Source: a virus
Virus record (IMG/VR): IMGVR_UViG_3300009370_000014
Span: 8,074 to 72,073 of that record
Strand: one strand, 5' to 3'
DNA: 64,000 nucleotides
A program made the translations under genes and the position numbers. A model generated the notes under the pieces. That model worked only from the letters and a program-made list of their open reading frames with translations. It was not told the origin of the DNA and made no database searches. The number at the start of each line of letters is the position of its first letter. Position 1 is the first letter of the stretch. Positions 10,357 through 19,968 of the stretch are shown piece by piece.

Positions 10357-11249
10357 GCTGACTCCTAATCTTAAATTAAACTAAAACTTAGTTGGAACAT
10401 AGTATCAGTTTCTGGATTAGTATACACTCGGAAACATTTATCTCTAGAAATATCAGTCATTCGATCTATAACTTTTAAAGTTAAGTTAACAATGCTAACG
10501 TCGCTCTCTTGGTAGAAGGCATTTAACTTGTCTAATGTAGTACCTAAGAATTCAATATCAGGAGCATAATCTTTAAGTATTAGTTCAAGAACAGGTTCTC
10601 CTAACATTTCTTCTATTAGGTTACAGCAAGGGTAGTTTAGTTTATTTTTTCTACCTAGAAATTTTTTATGATCTATACTGCGACCCCATTTATCCATAAG
10701 AGGTAATGTTTTTTGAACTAAACCTTGTAAGATAACAACGATATCTTCATATCCGACATAAACGCCATCTTCAATGTCAGCCTCTACTCCCTCCCTGTAG
10801 TTTATTAGACTCGGGTTTTTGGATACTTTGAGCTGAACTCCGTTGTACGTGTTGAATAGTCCCATGTTTTGGAATCTCCAATATTGATTCTTTCATGAAC
10901 AGAATAGATACACCTACGTCTGTTTGGGTAAACGAAATAGTTAGCTTGTTAGCATCTCCTACTTCTTCGAGTATTAATTTAACATTCTCAGTCATCTCTT
11001 CTTTATTTCCAGATACATCTGGCAGAAGAGATTTTAAAGCTTCTCTGATTATCATGCCGGGATCATCAAAGGTTAAATCAATTCTAGCCACAGGCAATAC
11101 ACTCATATCTCTTTCCTAACTATCAACATACTATTTTACCTTATGTTTTTCCCAAAAATTAATAACAGCTTTAAAATTATCTATATTTTTAATATACATA
11201 CTTTTAACATTCAACTCACCCCCTATGAAAGTAGGAATGAGCGTAACCT

Positions 11250-12185
11250 TTAAACTAATGACCATTTTCTCTCAATTAATTTTATACAAAGCTTTTCTAT
11301 TTTTTCATAATTTGGCTCTTGAGGCAGTATTTTGGGATCCGAGCCAGAGAGCGTATCCATACGTGTAAGGAGATTCTCCGATTCTTCAATGATATGACTA
11401 TAATTCCATTCCCCATTTCTTATTGATGACAGCTCTTTCCAGTCTGGTCGAAGTACCAGTACTTTTCCCGTTTCCAAGATTTCCACTCCCATGCGGAGTA
11501 ACCGTATGCAATCAAACGCATGCTCAGTATCATACTTTACTTCCCCGATTAGATTAACTTTCTTTTCATCTTTCCATGATTTATATTTTTTATAGTAAGC
11601 CATTTTAAGTTTATACGTTTTACCGTGAAACCATGAAAACGACTTAGCATCTCCAAAATAAGCTTTAACGCGTTCTTTATCTACATGTTGGGGGAACTCA
11701 TCATGGGGAATATTGAAAAAGTTATCTATTTCTTTTATTTGTTGTTGGCTAATAGGAAGCTTAAAAGCACCTGGATGCTCAGGAGGATTGTCCCATCGTT
11801 TATATTCTTGCAATTTTTTGAGCTTAAACTTGGCATACGCTTTAAACGTATTTTCAGCTTTCTGTGATAGAAATATATCTCGATGTTCTAAAAGCTCTTC
11901 TCCTACACTGTCTATATGAAGTATATTTTTCTTATCTGTAAATAAGACTTCCAGTATATTGGGATTACATTCACTAGCTCGCTTACAAAAAGTTCTGATT
12001 TCATACATAACTGCATTTGAATCTTTAGACTCAAGTGGGTTAAGTTTAGTAAAAGGAGAGGTATAGTATCTACGTTCTGGGATATAAACACCTTTCTCCT
12101 GTCTAGAACTATCTTTTCTCTCAACTCCATAAGCATGTGATCCACATAATACTTTTAATACATCCCAATTTTGGCTACACGTCAT
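11250..12185 (-). CDS. pol-beta-superfamily nucleotidyltransferase-like protein, catalytic Asps apparently substituted
   Basis: GSHAYG, NPNILEVLF, YDTEHAFDCIRLLRMGVEIL, IRNGEW; expected DxD reads SRQ. Confidence 0.75.
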   Translation of the reverse strand: MTCSQNWDVLKVLCGSHAYGVERKDSSRQEKGVYIPERRYYTSPFTKLNPLESKDSNAVMYEIRTFCKRASECNPNILEVLFTDKKNILHIDSVGEELLEHRDIFLSQKAENTFKAYAKFKLKKLQEYKRWDNPPEHPGAFKLPISQQQIKEIDNFFNIPHDEFPQHVDKERVKAYFGDAKSFSWFHGKTYKLKMAYYKKYKSWKDEKKVNLIGEVKYDTEHAFDCIRLLRMGVEILETGKVLVLRPDWKELSSIRNGEWNYSHIIEESENLLTRMDTLSGSDPKILPQEPNYEKIEKLCIKLIERKWSLV

Positions 12186-12815
12186 CTCATCTCCTTGTAA
12201 CTACTTACTATAAATAAATTCTGTTTACCAGTAATCTTAGTGAGGGTTTAACTCTTTGTAAATCTTCAACTTCATATAGTTTTCCAAATTTTCTCCAGAT
12301 AGGACTACAACTCCAGAAACTTATTATAGATCTTTTTATAGGTTTAGGTTTAGCTAAGCAAGCTTCTATAAAACTCTGTGACTTCACTACCTTACATTCT
12401 CCTAACTAGATTTTTTGGAGAGGGAAACTTATTTTTAGCCAGTTCCCTAACATTGGAAGGTAAATTTTCTACCGTATTATTCTCACGGCATTTATCTATT
12501 GGACATACTGTATAATAATAAATAGATATCTGTCTACCATCCACCCTATCTTCATATATGAACTTACTAACATCTTTATTTTTTATCTCTATTGTAGAGC
12601 CACACTTGCAGCAGATAATGTTCCTCTTCCAAGTATGGTTAACTATTCTCATCTTCTACCTCCTAGAAAACTTTTTTACATAGTAATCTTTATTTAAAAA
12701 AAATAGTTCCCACACTTAGGGCATTTTCCATACTTTTCTCTACATGCAGGGCAATCACATGCTTGAAGTAAGAAGTCCATATCCCAGACTACGAAGCATT
12801 CAAAGCATTCTACTC

Positions 12816-13103
12816 TCATAAAGAAAGATCTTCTTTTTCTTTTTTAACTACTTCTATTACTTGATTAAAGTTAAGTGACCATAATTTATCTATATTGTTA
12901 AACGGGAGACATATTTTAGTTTTATCTTTAAATTCTAATATTATATTATGGCTGTCAAACCAAACTAAGTAGCCCTTGTACTCTTCACCTTTTACTTCAG
13001 CAATTAATAACTCTGTCTTATAGTGCTCTAAGAATAATAGGGCTACCTGGACTCTTCGAGGATCTTTACTATTCTTGGACCAAATAACTCTTTCTTTTTC
13101 CAT
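12816..13103 (-). CDS. Sm/LSm/Hfq-like fold protein
   Basis: Helix then GEEYKGYLVWFDSHNIILE (Sm1-like) and ICLPFNNI (Sm2-like). Confidence 0.5.
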   Translation of the reverse strand: MEKERVIWSKNSKDPRRVQVALLFLEHYKTELLIAEVKGEEYKGYLVWFDSHNIILEFKDKTKICLPFNNIDKLWSLNFNQVIEVVKKEKEDLSL

Positions 13104-13651
13104 TACAAACCCCAGCTTCCTTACTGTATTTTTTTACTTAATATTACTTAGAACGCCACCATAAACATGGGTATCTACATCTAAAACATTTAATAGGGGT
13201 ATCGTAAGCGATTCTACTCATAATTTCAGGTGTCTGCCTTAGCCATTGAATATAACAGTTAAGGCAATTAGCTTTATATAAAAAAATAAGATACCTCCTT
13301 CTTATATTTTTAATTAAAGACTACTGCTAAATAATATGGAATTTATTCTTTAAATCCCCAAGTTTACAAGTCTACTCTCTCTCATCTAAGCAATTCTAAG
13401 TCTTTCAGAGTACACTTATAACCATCCTCCTAGAGGAGCATACAACTTAAAGTTTAATATACATAGAAGAGGTTTCTTTTGCAGCTCGTTGTATACCTAT
13501 TAAGTATAATTTATGGGTAATACTTAATTCAGGTTGAATAATAATCTTATGTTCTAGCTCTAATTGTCCTTCTTCTGAAAAATAGAAAGAAGGAGAGCCG
13601 CATCTAGAGCACTCTCCTTTTTTATTTCCAGGAAGATAATTAATATTAGAT

Positions 13652-14854
13652 CTACAGCACTGACTTTTGGCTCTCTTCATCTTGTTGTTTGACATCACTA
13701 ATTTTTTCTTTCAGGAGATCCTGAATGTAGTAAAGATCAACAAGCTCATATCTTTCTTCCTTATTTTTTAGAGTAGGAAGTAACTTTCTAAAATGAGCTC
13801 GTTGAGCTTCTGGAGCCCAAGAAATAGCTTCAGATAAAGTGAATCCTTTGAACTCTGTTACTCCGATACATCTGCGTGGTCGCTTGATGGCCGGATCGAT
13901 TTCTTTAATATCCTCATTAGCAGTAAGTAGGAAAATAAGTCTAAGTCCTTGACCTAAGATTCCATCTGTAAGATTAAGTATAGTACTAAGACCTTTACTT
14001 TCCCGACATTTAGCTGTGAATAATTCTGCATGATCTTCTAAAATTATTAGTCTAATAGGATTATCCTGATATCTGGAGTAGGACTTACTAAGAGCTACTT
14101 GTCTCATGTAGGCTGATTGATTTAGGAATTCGTGAGGATCAAGAATAATCTCAATAGAAGCTCCTTTACGAAAGGCCCAATCTCTCGCAAGAGCTCGAGC
14201 AGCATAAGTCTTCCCTCCCCCAGGTTTACCATGCCAGATGATAACTTTACCTTTTTTCTCAGGATTATCTAGATTCTGTATATGTTTTAATTGCTTGAAT
14301 ACTGAGGGGGTATAATTCTTTTCAATATCTTCTAATCCAAGGCATTCCTGTACTCTGTCATAACTAATAGCTCTTCCTTGAAAATAATGCCAGAATTTAA
14401 ATTTAACTAATTCTTTAGAACACTTAGGTTTAGATTCTTCTGTAAACTTAGATATGAAGTCTTCACAGCTAGCTCTTAGACTAGATATATTTCCTCCAAA
14501 AATTTCAGTACTAACTTTATTCTCATTTTCAAAAGTCACAGTAAGGACTTCTAGTTTAATTGGATGGAGAAATATAAAATCTGCATAAAGATTTTTCTTA
14601 AAACAATCAGTAAGGTGTTTAAGTTTAAATCCCAATCCCTCAGCAATCTTTATAATTTTCTCAGGAATATTACCTGTTTTTTTCAGGTCAATATTTCTCA
14701 CAGGACCCTTTAAATTCACATTAAGCTTATATTTCTCTAAAAGTTTTATAATATGATGCTGCCTCCACAGTCGACTGTAATAGTCACTGCCATCGTGGAT
14801 TACTTGCAAGGATCTCTCCTGTATGTAAGGGAAAAAAGATGTCCCGCCCTGCAT
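13652..14854 (-). CDS. AAA+ ATPase (DUF5925-like)
   Basis: Walker A GKPGGGKT, Walker B LIILED, LNLTDGILGQG, DPAIKRPRR. Confidence 0.8.
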   Translation of the reverse strand: MQGGTSFFPYIQERSLQVIHDGSDYYSRLWRQHHIIKLLEKYKLNVNLKGPVRNIDLKKTGNIPEKIIKIAEGLGFKLKHLTDCFKKNLYADFIFLHPIKLEVLTVTFENENKVSTEIFGGNISSLRASCEDFISKFTEESKPKCSKELVKFKFWHYFQGRAISYDRVQECLGLEDIEKNYTPSVFKQLKHIQNLDNPEKKGKVIIWHGKPGGGKTYAARALARDWAFRKGASIEIILDPHEFLNQSAYMRQVALSKSYSRYQDNPIRLIILEDHAELFTAKCRESKGLSTILNLTDGILGQGLRLIFLLTANEDIKEIDPAIKRPRRCIGVTEFKGFTLSEAISWAPEAQRAHFRKLLPTLKNKEERYELVDLYYIQDLLKEKISDVKQQDEESQKSVL

Positions 14855-14910
14855 CTCCTGAGGTTATAACCCCCCAGGAGAATACAAAGCTTGAGTTGCG
14901 ACCTCAGGGA

Positions 14911-14984
14911 TAACGCGAGTAGGATTCGCACCTACGACCTTGGGGTTATGAGCCCCACGAGCTGCTAGACTGCTCCACCGCGCT
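14911..14984 (-). tRNA. tRNA-Met(CAT), initiator-like
   Basis: Cloverleaf; anticodon arm tgggg-ctCATaa-cccca with consecutive G-C pairs; no encoded CCA. Confidence 0.85.
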
Positions 14985-14988
14985 ATGA

Positions 14989-15080
14989 ACTAGGAATCAG
15001 GAGGTACTGCCGTTGATAAATCCGAAGGACCTGAGTCCACTAAGCCTCACCCGAAATAGAGGTCTGATTTATTCCCTAGT
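14989..15080 (-). ncRNA. unclassified structured RNA candidate (~90 nt)
   Basis: Closing stems actagg/cctagt and aatcag/ctgatt; internal cctc/gagg and ggac/gtcc hairpins. Confidence 0.4.
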
Positions 15081-15087
15081 AATAAGA

Positions 15088-15157
15088 TAGACACAGATAA
15101 TGTAGAAGAGGGATATGAAGAAGTAAATGAAGTAACTCTCCTGTTTTAAAGTGTCTA
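15088..15157 (-). ncRNA. Y-RNA-like hairpin copy 1
   Basis: Terminal stem tagacac/gtgtcta; shared core (+ strand) ca(g/a)ata...aag(a/g)...gaagtaac. Confidence 0.6.
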
Positions 15158-15158
15158 A

Positions 15159-15238
15159 CCACTGGAGTAGGATTCGAACCTACGTCTTCAAGGGCATTAC
15201 CTTGCTGCTAAAGCCTTGCACTACTCAGCTATCCAGTG
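15159..15238 (-). ncRNA. tRNA-like RNA with aberrant anticodon arm
   Basis: Acceptor cactgga/tccagtg; T arm gtagg-ttcgaat-cctac; caagg/ccttg stem with 6-nt loop and extra 5' linker. Confidence 0.65.
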
Positions 15239-15249
15239 ATAAAACATTG

Positions 15250-15516
15250 TTATTTGATTATACCTAATTCATATGCCCTCTTACCGATTTCGGAATAGAG
15301 AGCGGCATTAGGAGATGATCTATTAAATTGAGGCAACATACTTGCTAGCATGGAGCCGTAATCCGGGCCTTCAGATGAGAACCGAGCAATAAGTGATGGT
15401 CCGCCTATCTCAGAAGGACAAACCCACAAGTCATACTTGCGATCTTGAGCCCTATAAGGGCCAAGAAATACACAAGCATCACAATCATGTGTATATTGAG
15501 GCAAAGACTTACTCAT
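15250..15516 (-). CDS. small phage protein (HDCxxC motif)
   Basis: 88 aa; PQYTHDCDACVFLG; AGGAG RBS; embedded in the ncRNA cluster. Confidence 0.65.
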   Translation of the reverse strand: MSKSLPQYTHDCDACVFLGPYRAQDRKYDLWVCPSEIGGPSLIARFSSEGPDYGSMLASMLPQFNRSSPNAALYSEIGKRAYELGIIK

Positions 15517-15551
15517 AATTTTAATCTCCTGTGTGGTGGTAAGAAGTTAAA

Positions 15552-15683
15552 TAACGCGAAGAGGAGTCGAACCTCTACTCTCGAGATAAGAGGACTCTAG
15601 CAAGCCATTATCTCAACAGAACACCCTTTGATGTATTCTTCCTCGTAATGCTAGTTATAAAGAAGCATCAGTGATCCGCGTTA
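15552..15683 (-). ncRNA. expanded tRNA-like RNA (~132 nt)
   Basis: Acceptor aacgcgg/tcgcgtt; T arm agagg-ttcgact-cctct; body with gaatac/gtgttc and gagataa/ttatctc stems. Confidence 0.65.
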
Positions 15684-15687
15684 CATA

Positions 15688-15750
15688 CTACTACAGATAG
15701 TATTAAAGAGAATTTTAATAAAAGAAGTAACTCTTTTAGTTAGGTAGTAG
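15688..15750 (-). ncRNA. Y-RNA-like hairpin copy 2
   Basis: Terminal stem ctactac/gtagtag; cagata..aaagag..gaagtaactcttt. Confidence 0.6.
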
Positions 15751-15755
15751 ACACT

Positions 15756-15846
15756 TTTTGTCGCAAATAGGTTGAAGAGTTTAAAGTTATAGAAGTAACT
15801 CTTCTACATGGACCTTTAACATCCTGCATTCTTCAGGGCGACAAAA
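15756..15846 (-). ncRNA. Y-RNA-like hairpin copy 3
   Basis: Terminal stem ttttgtcgc/gcgacaaaa; caaata..gaagag..gaagtaactcttc. Confidence 0.6.
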
Positions 15847-15925
15847 TACGGAGATCCGGATTTGAACCGGAAACTCATAGCTTTTTTATAAACCATGTGA
15901 AATGCGCTAATTTTTCTATCTCCGT
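15847..15925 (-). ncRNA. tRNA-like RNA with enlarged anticodon loop
   Basis: Acceptor acggaga/tctccgt; D stem gaaa/tttc; T arm tccgg-ttcaaat-ccgga; catgg/ctatg stem closing 12 nt. Confidence 0.65.
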
Positions 15926-15929
15926 AAGT

Positions 15930-15994
15930 GAGCTCAAATAATTAATAAAGGGAATTTCTAGTTTCGATGAAGTAACCTTTATAAGTAGGAGCTC
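15930..15994 (-). ncRNA. Y-RNA-like hairpin copy 4
   Basis: Terminal stem gagctc/gagctc; caaata..ataaagg..gaagtaacctttat; 35 bp downstream of the TROVE stop. Confidence 0.6.
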
Positions 15995-16029
15995 GTAGAA
16001 CCAGATTCTAAATTAGAGAACCGAATTTG

Positions 16030-17793
16030 TCAAATTTGGTTTATCAAGAAAGCATCTACTGCAAGAACTTGATGTTTACTAACTATATCACTAAGAGTAT
16101 TAATTTGCTTACCTGCTCTAGTCGGTATAACTTGAGTACTTTCTGCTTTTAAAATCATAGTAATAATTTTTTCGCTGAAACCCCCTAAGAGGTTTACTCT
16201 TGGATGATTAGCTTTCGCCATAGACACCTGGGAAGCTGTTAAGTCTACACTATGTAACCATACATCTGGATTAATCTTTTTTCGATAACTTATAAGATTA
16301 TCTTCAAAAGTCTTGCGACTAAATCTCTCTCCATAAGTCTGTAAATCTGAAAGTATAATTATTCTGTCTACTTTAATATCGTTCGTAATTAAGTAACTAA
16401 TGCATGATCCAGCGTCTGTCCCATGTCCATGGATCCTTTCATGCTTACTTAGCTCTTCGGCATTCTGTATAAGTGATCCACCTCTCACTAAAATTATAGG
16501 AGCAACTATACTTCCAAAAGGAAAAGCAAACGATTCTTTACTTTTAGCATGGAAAATAGCTCCTAGCAGATTACCTATTTCCCCACAGGACATCGTTGAC
16601 TTTCTTGATACAGGCGCACACATGCTTCCGCTGTTGTCAATGAATACTGCGGTATTTCCTGGAATATCTGCTAAATTTTGAATACTGATCTTTAAACATT
16701 TTTCAATCTTATTTAAAATTTCATCAGTAGATAATTCAGAGTCTAGATCTCGAATAGCTTTATACGCCGCATAATATCTAAAGGGTAATTGTTTACTATT
16801 TAGAACTTTCTTTTCATCGGATATTTTTGCAATAATAGAATCTAAGCCAGATACTTGGTGTTCTATAGCATTACGTAGATTTCGTAAAGTAGCCATATAA
16901 GGCATAAAGTTAAATGCTGCACTCCAAACTTGTTGTTTCTCTTTTTCAGCTTCTGGCCGATTTCCCATTGCAGATACAAAATTCTCCCAAGTTAACCCAG
17001 CTTCCTTAGCTATAGAGGCTAAATTTTCAATACTAGCAGTATTCGATATAGAATAAAACTCTTTACGTGCTTGTAAAATCCTAGGAGCCGTATCTACCAC
17101 TTTATTATTTACAAGAAATTCAAACATAGCTTTACTTATAGGGAATCCTTCTTTATGGCGAAATCTTTTAGGGAGTATGCCTCCTCTAATTGAAAGTAGT
17201 AAGTCTTTGAAGTTAGGATGTTGAGTTGGCTTATTGTACTTAATTAGAGAATATGAACTGTATGTCATTAATGCAAAAGCCATACCTTTCTGCAAGCACC
17301 CTGGTATATTAGCTCTAGGATATCCCTCTTCCCATGTACCAAACAAACAGTTGTATATTTCCAATAGTTGCAACAAATCATCAGGTCTACTACATACAGC
17401 AGGAACATATCTACTTACAGGGTTCATAGTCTTGTCATCTCCTCTAATATATTTACTAGCTACAGCGACTAGTAGTTGAGGAAATAGACGCATATGCATC
17501 TCTTGTCTTGCCCATTTAGCGATACATAGAAGATTTTCTGGATTATCACCTTTAGCTATCTTAATAGCTGTATTTAAAATATCAGTTCCTCGTTCATCAA
17601 GAACCTTATCGTTAAATTCATTATTCGACGCAATAGCAGCATCTGGATAGAATCCTGGCTCACCCATGTACGCCACCGAAGCAATTAGCTTCTCGGCTGG
17701 ATTAGATATCGAGTAGACTATACCACTCTCCTTATTTAGTACAATACTGGTGTCCATTGTAGCCTTACTTTTATTAAATCCAACTTTTGCCAT
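16030..17793 (-). CDS. Ro60/TROVE-domain RNA-binding protein with vWA domain
   Basis: ARQEMHMR, RPDD, LTWE, MPYMATLRNLRN, SKQLPFRYYAAY, vWA MIDAS FIDNSGSM, GTD, IIILSDLQ. Confidence 0.92.
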   Translation of the reverse strand: MAKVGFNKSKATMDTSIVLNKESGIVYSISNPAEKLIASVAYMGEPGFYPDAAIASNNEFNDKVLDERGTDILNTAIKIAKGDNPENLLCIAKWARQEMHMRLFPQLLVAVASKYIRGDDKTMNPVSRYVPAVCSRPDDLLQLLEIYNCLFGTWEEGYPRANIPGCLQKGMAFALMTYSSYSLIKYNKPTQHPNFKDLLLSIRGGILPKRFRHKEGFPISKAMFEFLVNNKVVDTAPRILQARKEFYSISNTASIENLASIAKEAGLTWENFVSAMGNRPEAEKEKQQVWSAAFNFMPYMATLRNLRNAIEHQVSGLDSIIAKISDEKKVLNSKQLPFRYYAAYKAIRDLDSELSTDEILNKIEKCLKISIQNLADIPGNTAVFIDNSGSMCAPVSRKSTMSCGEIGNLLGAIFHAKSKESFAFPFGSIVAPIILVRGGSLIQNAEELSKHERIHGHGTDAGSCISYLITNDIKVDRIIILSDLQTYGERFSRKTFEDNLISYRKKINPDVWLHSVDLTASQVSMAKANHPRVNLLGGFSEKIITMILKAESTQVIPTRAGKQINTLSDIVSKHQVLAVDAFLINQI

Positions 17794-18644
17794 TTAGTCT
17801 GCTTTCTTCTTATTTTTAGAGCGGACAGCATCTTTATATAAGGTATTGCTAATGAAGCTCCATGTTCCTTTAGCTACTAATACATCTGCTTGAAATCTAG
17901 TAACTCTCTTAACTTTTCCGGTACTATTATGCTGTATATTTATAGATCTATTTTCGTTTCTCATAATATCCCACTTTTTCTATGTTCCATCCACTCCTAC
18001 TTGAAGGAGTCAGTTTTAACTTCTTGCCTGAAATATATTCTTCAGCTAAACGGAATAGCCGGTCTTTAGAAATTTTATGAATTCTAGAAAGATGATTAAG
18101 ACTCAGTATCTTATACTTACTATCCTCATAAATCTTAAACATTTTAAATATTTCTTTTTTTGAAATAGGAGCTTTTTTCATAGCCATCCTTATCTACATT
18201 TATATTTCGCACCGAGGGTAGTTCCCGTAGGTCGAGAAATTTGTGTAGACGAATAGTCAAACAAATTCGCAGAACCGTAGGGTGAACGTACCTGGTGAAA
18301 GTTCAATAGAACTGTAGAAGTTCCAGGATACATAAGGGGAGATCGTCTCTACTCGTCAGAGTAAAGATCTTTGGCTTTCTCTAGAAGTGATGTATGATCT
18401 GGATCTTCAGATCTATACACCTAAATAAACCAATAAAGAACATATTTGGTATGCTCATCTTTAATAATAAAATCCAGCTAGGCATAAATCACATATCCAA
18501 CTATAAGGATATCCTATTCTTAAATATCGACCTGAGTTCCTCCATTTACGATTCTTTTGTTGATTACTGTTACATATAGAACAGTCGGGATACCAAAAGT
18601 TTATAATCATAAATAAAATCCAGATTAAAGAGGTGGAAGCCTAG

Positions 18645-18654
18645 TACTTATAAC
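18645..18654 (-). promoter_or_regulatory. putative phage promoter motif GTTATAAGTA
   Basis: Recurrent intergenic 10-mer; heads a ~450-nt ORF-poor leader upstream of the TROVE region. Confidence 0.5.
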
Positions 18655-18659
18655 ATCAT

Positions 18660-18896
18660 CTAAATCGAATTAAACTTTAGGTCTAATTTAACTTGGTCAA
18701 TTTTGGACGCATCAGCTCCGTTTAACCATGTATTTATATGTTTCGATGTAGTTACCGACCAGAATGCATCAGTCTTATAAAAACAAGACTCCTGAGGCGA
18801 ATACATCGCAACAGGAGTCTCGTAGCTTACCAATATACTTGTTCCGTCAGATAGATTTATTTCTGTTGACGTATTACTTAGTTTCTTTACTTTCAT
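18660..18896 (-). CDS. small phage protein
   Basis: 78 aa; SYETPVA...SVTTSKHINTWL pattern recalled from phage hypotheticals. Confidence 0.6.
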   Translation of the reverse strand: MKVKKLSNTSTEINLSDGTSILVSYETPVAMYSPQESCFYKTDAFWSVTTSKHINTWLNGADASKIDQVKLDLKFNSI

Positions 18897-19122
18897 ATCT
18901 TTTTAAAATATTTTCTATTTGCCGAAGATTAAGATATCCTTCATCGTCAGATTCATCATCTTCCGAATTTAATTTAAGATTTTCTATCTTATTCTCAGCT
19001 TTAATTTCAGCCTCAGATTCTGACTCAGCTTCTACAGCTATAGTCGCTCTTTGCTCTCTAATATATGTGTATGTATATAGATCCATATTTACCTTTATTG
19101 CAAACAATAGTTTTAACATTTA

Positions 19123-19968
19123 TTAATAAAAAAGCTTAGCTTTTTTCTTAGATTTTACTTTCGGTAAAAACTTAAAGAACTTATGACTAGAATCACCATG
19201 AGGGAAGATATTATAATCATCAAATTCTGCTTTTTTTTTAGTCTTAACTTCAGGACTAGTAGTTTTAGAATCAAAAAGATAATAAATTTTTTCTTCTTTA
19301 GCCCATTTTATAATCTGTCGTATAGGTACAAATAAGCCTTGCTTATAAGTTAGTATTACTACAATACCTATGCATTTAAAATCTTTTTTAAAAAAAACAC
19401 CTCCCCCTGAACACCCAGGAATTACCTGGATATTAACTTGATCTTTAGGTGTTAAAGCAAAAGGTATTTTTCTATCCAAATAAGAAATAATTCCATCGAA
19501 CAATGATATAGGTAATCTATCTCCATAAGGAGAACCTATATGCCAGACTTCAGAGCCTACTTTAGGTATAGCTTTTTCTAAATAAAATTTAGTAGAAGAT
19601 TTCAAAAAAAGTTTAGGAAGTATATACAACACTGCTGCATCAATCTTAGTACTGTATTTAAGTATCTCTGCTTTAATTGTAGTAAGGCCTATTTTAATAC
19701 CTGAATCATTATAAAGTTCTCTAGTTATAGTGATAGAATATTCTTTTTTAAATTTTTTAGCTTTAATGGATGAATTTATTACATGAGCTGCTGTAAGAAT
19801 ATAAGTGGACTTATCTCTATTAAACAGCACTCCAGTTCCCATTGAAGTACGTCCATTTACTATAGATTTAACTAAAACAGAGTTTTCCCTAATAGAGGTT
19901 ACTGTAGCGTACGCGGGACTAACAAAAAAGATACTTAAAAGGAGGACATAAAAGGTATATTTTCTCAT
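19123..19968 (-). CDS. trypsin-like serine protease with signal peptide
   Basis: Hydrophobic N-terminus; LTAAHV, IDAAVL, PGCSGGG catalytic triad. Confidence 0.88.
   Translation of the reverse strand: MRKYTFYVLLLSIFFVSPAYATVTSIRENSVLVKSIVNGRTSMGTGVLFNRDKSTYILTAAHVINSSIKAKKFKKEYSITITRELYNDSGIKIGLTTIKAEILKYSTKIDAAVLYILPKLFLKSSTKFYLEKAIPKVGSEVWHIGSPYGDRLPISLFDGIISYLDRKIPFALTPKDQVNIQVIPGCSGGGVFFKKDFKCIGIVVILTYKQGLFVPIRQIIKWAKEEKIYYLFDSKTTSPEVKTKKKAEFDDYNIFPHGDSSHKFFKFLPKVKSKKKAKLFY

Noticed and set aside
13413-13422. 9/10 match to GTTATAAGTA
   Set aside because: Overlaps an AGGAGG-ATG start context, so it may be coding; not counted as a promoter.
9819-18528. Shared 14-mer tattcttaaatatc at ~9819 and ~18514
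   Set aside because: Very AT-rich; such matches are expected by chance in 64 kb and the flanks do not align convincingly.
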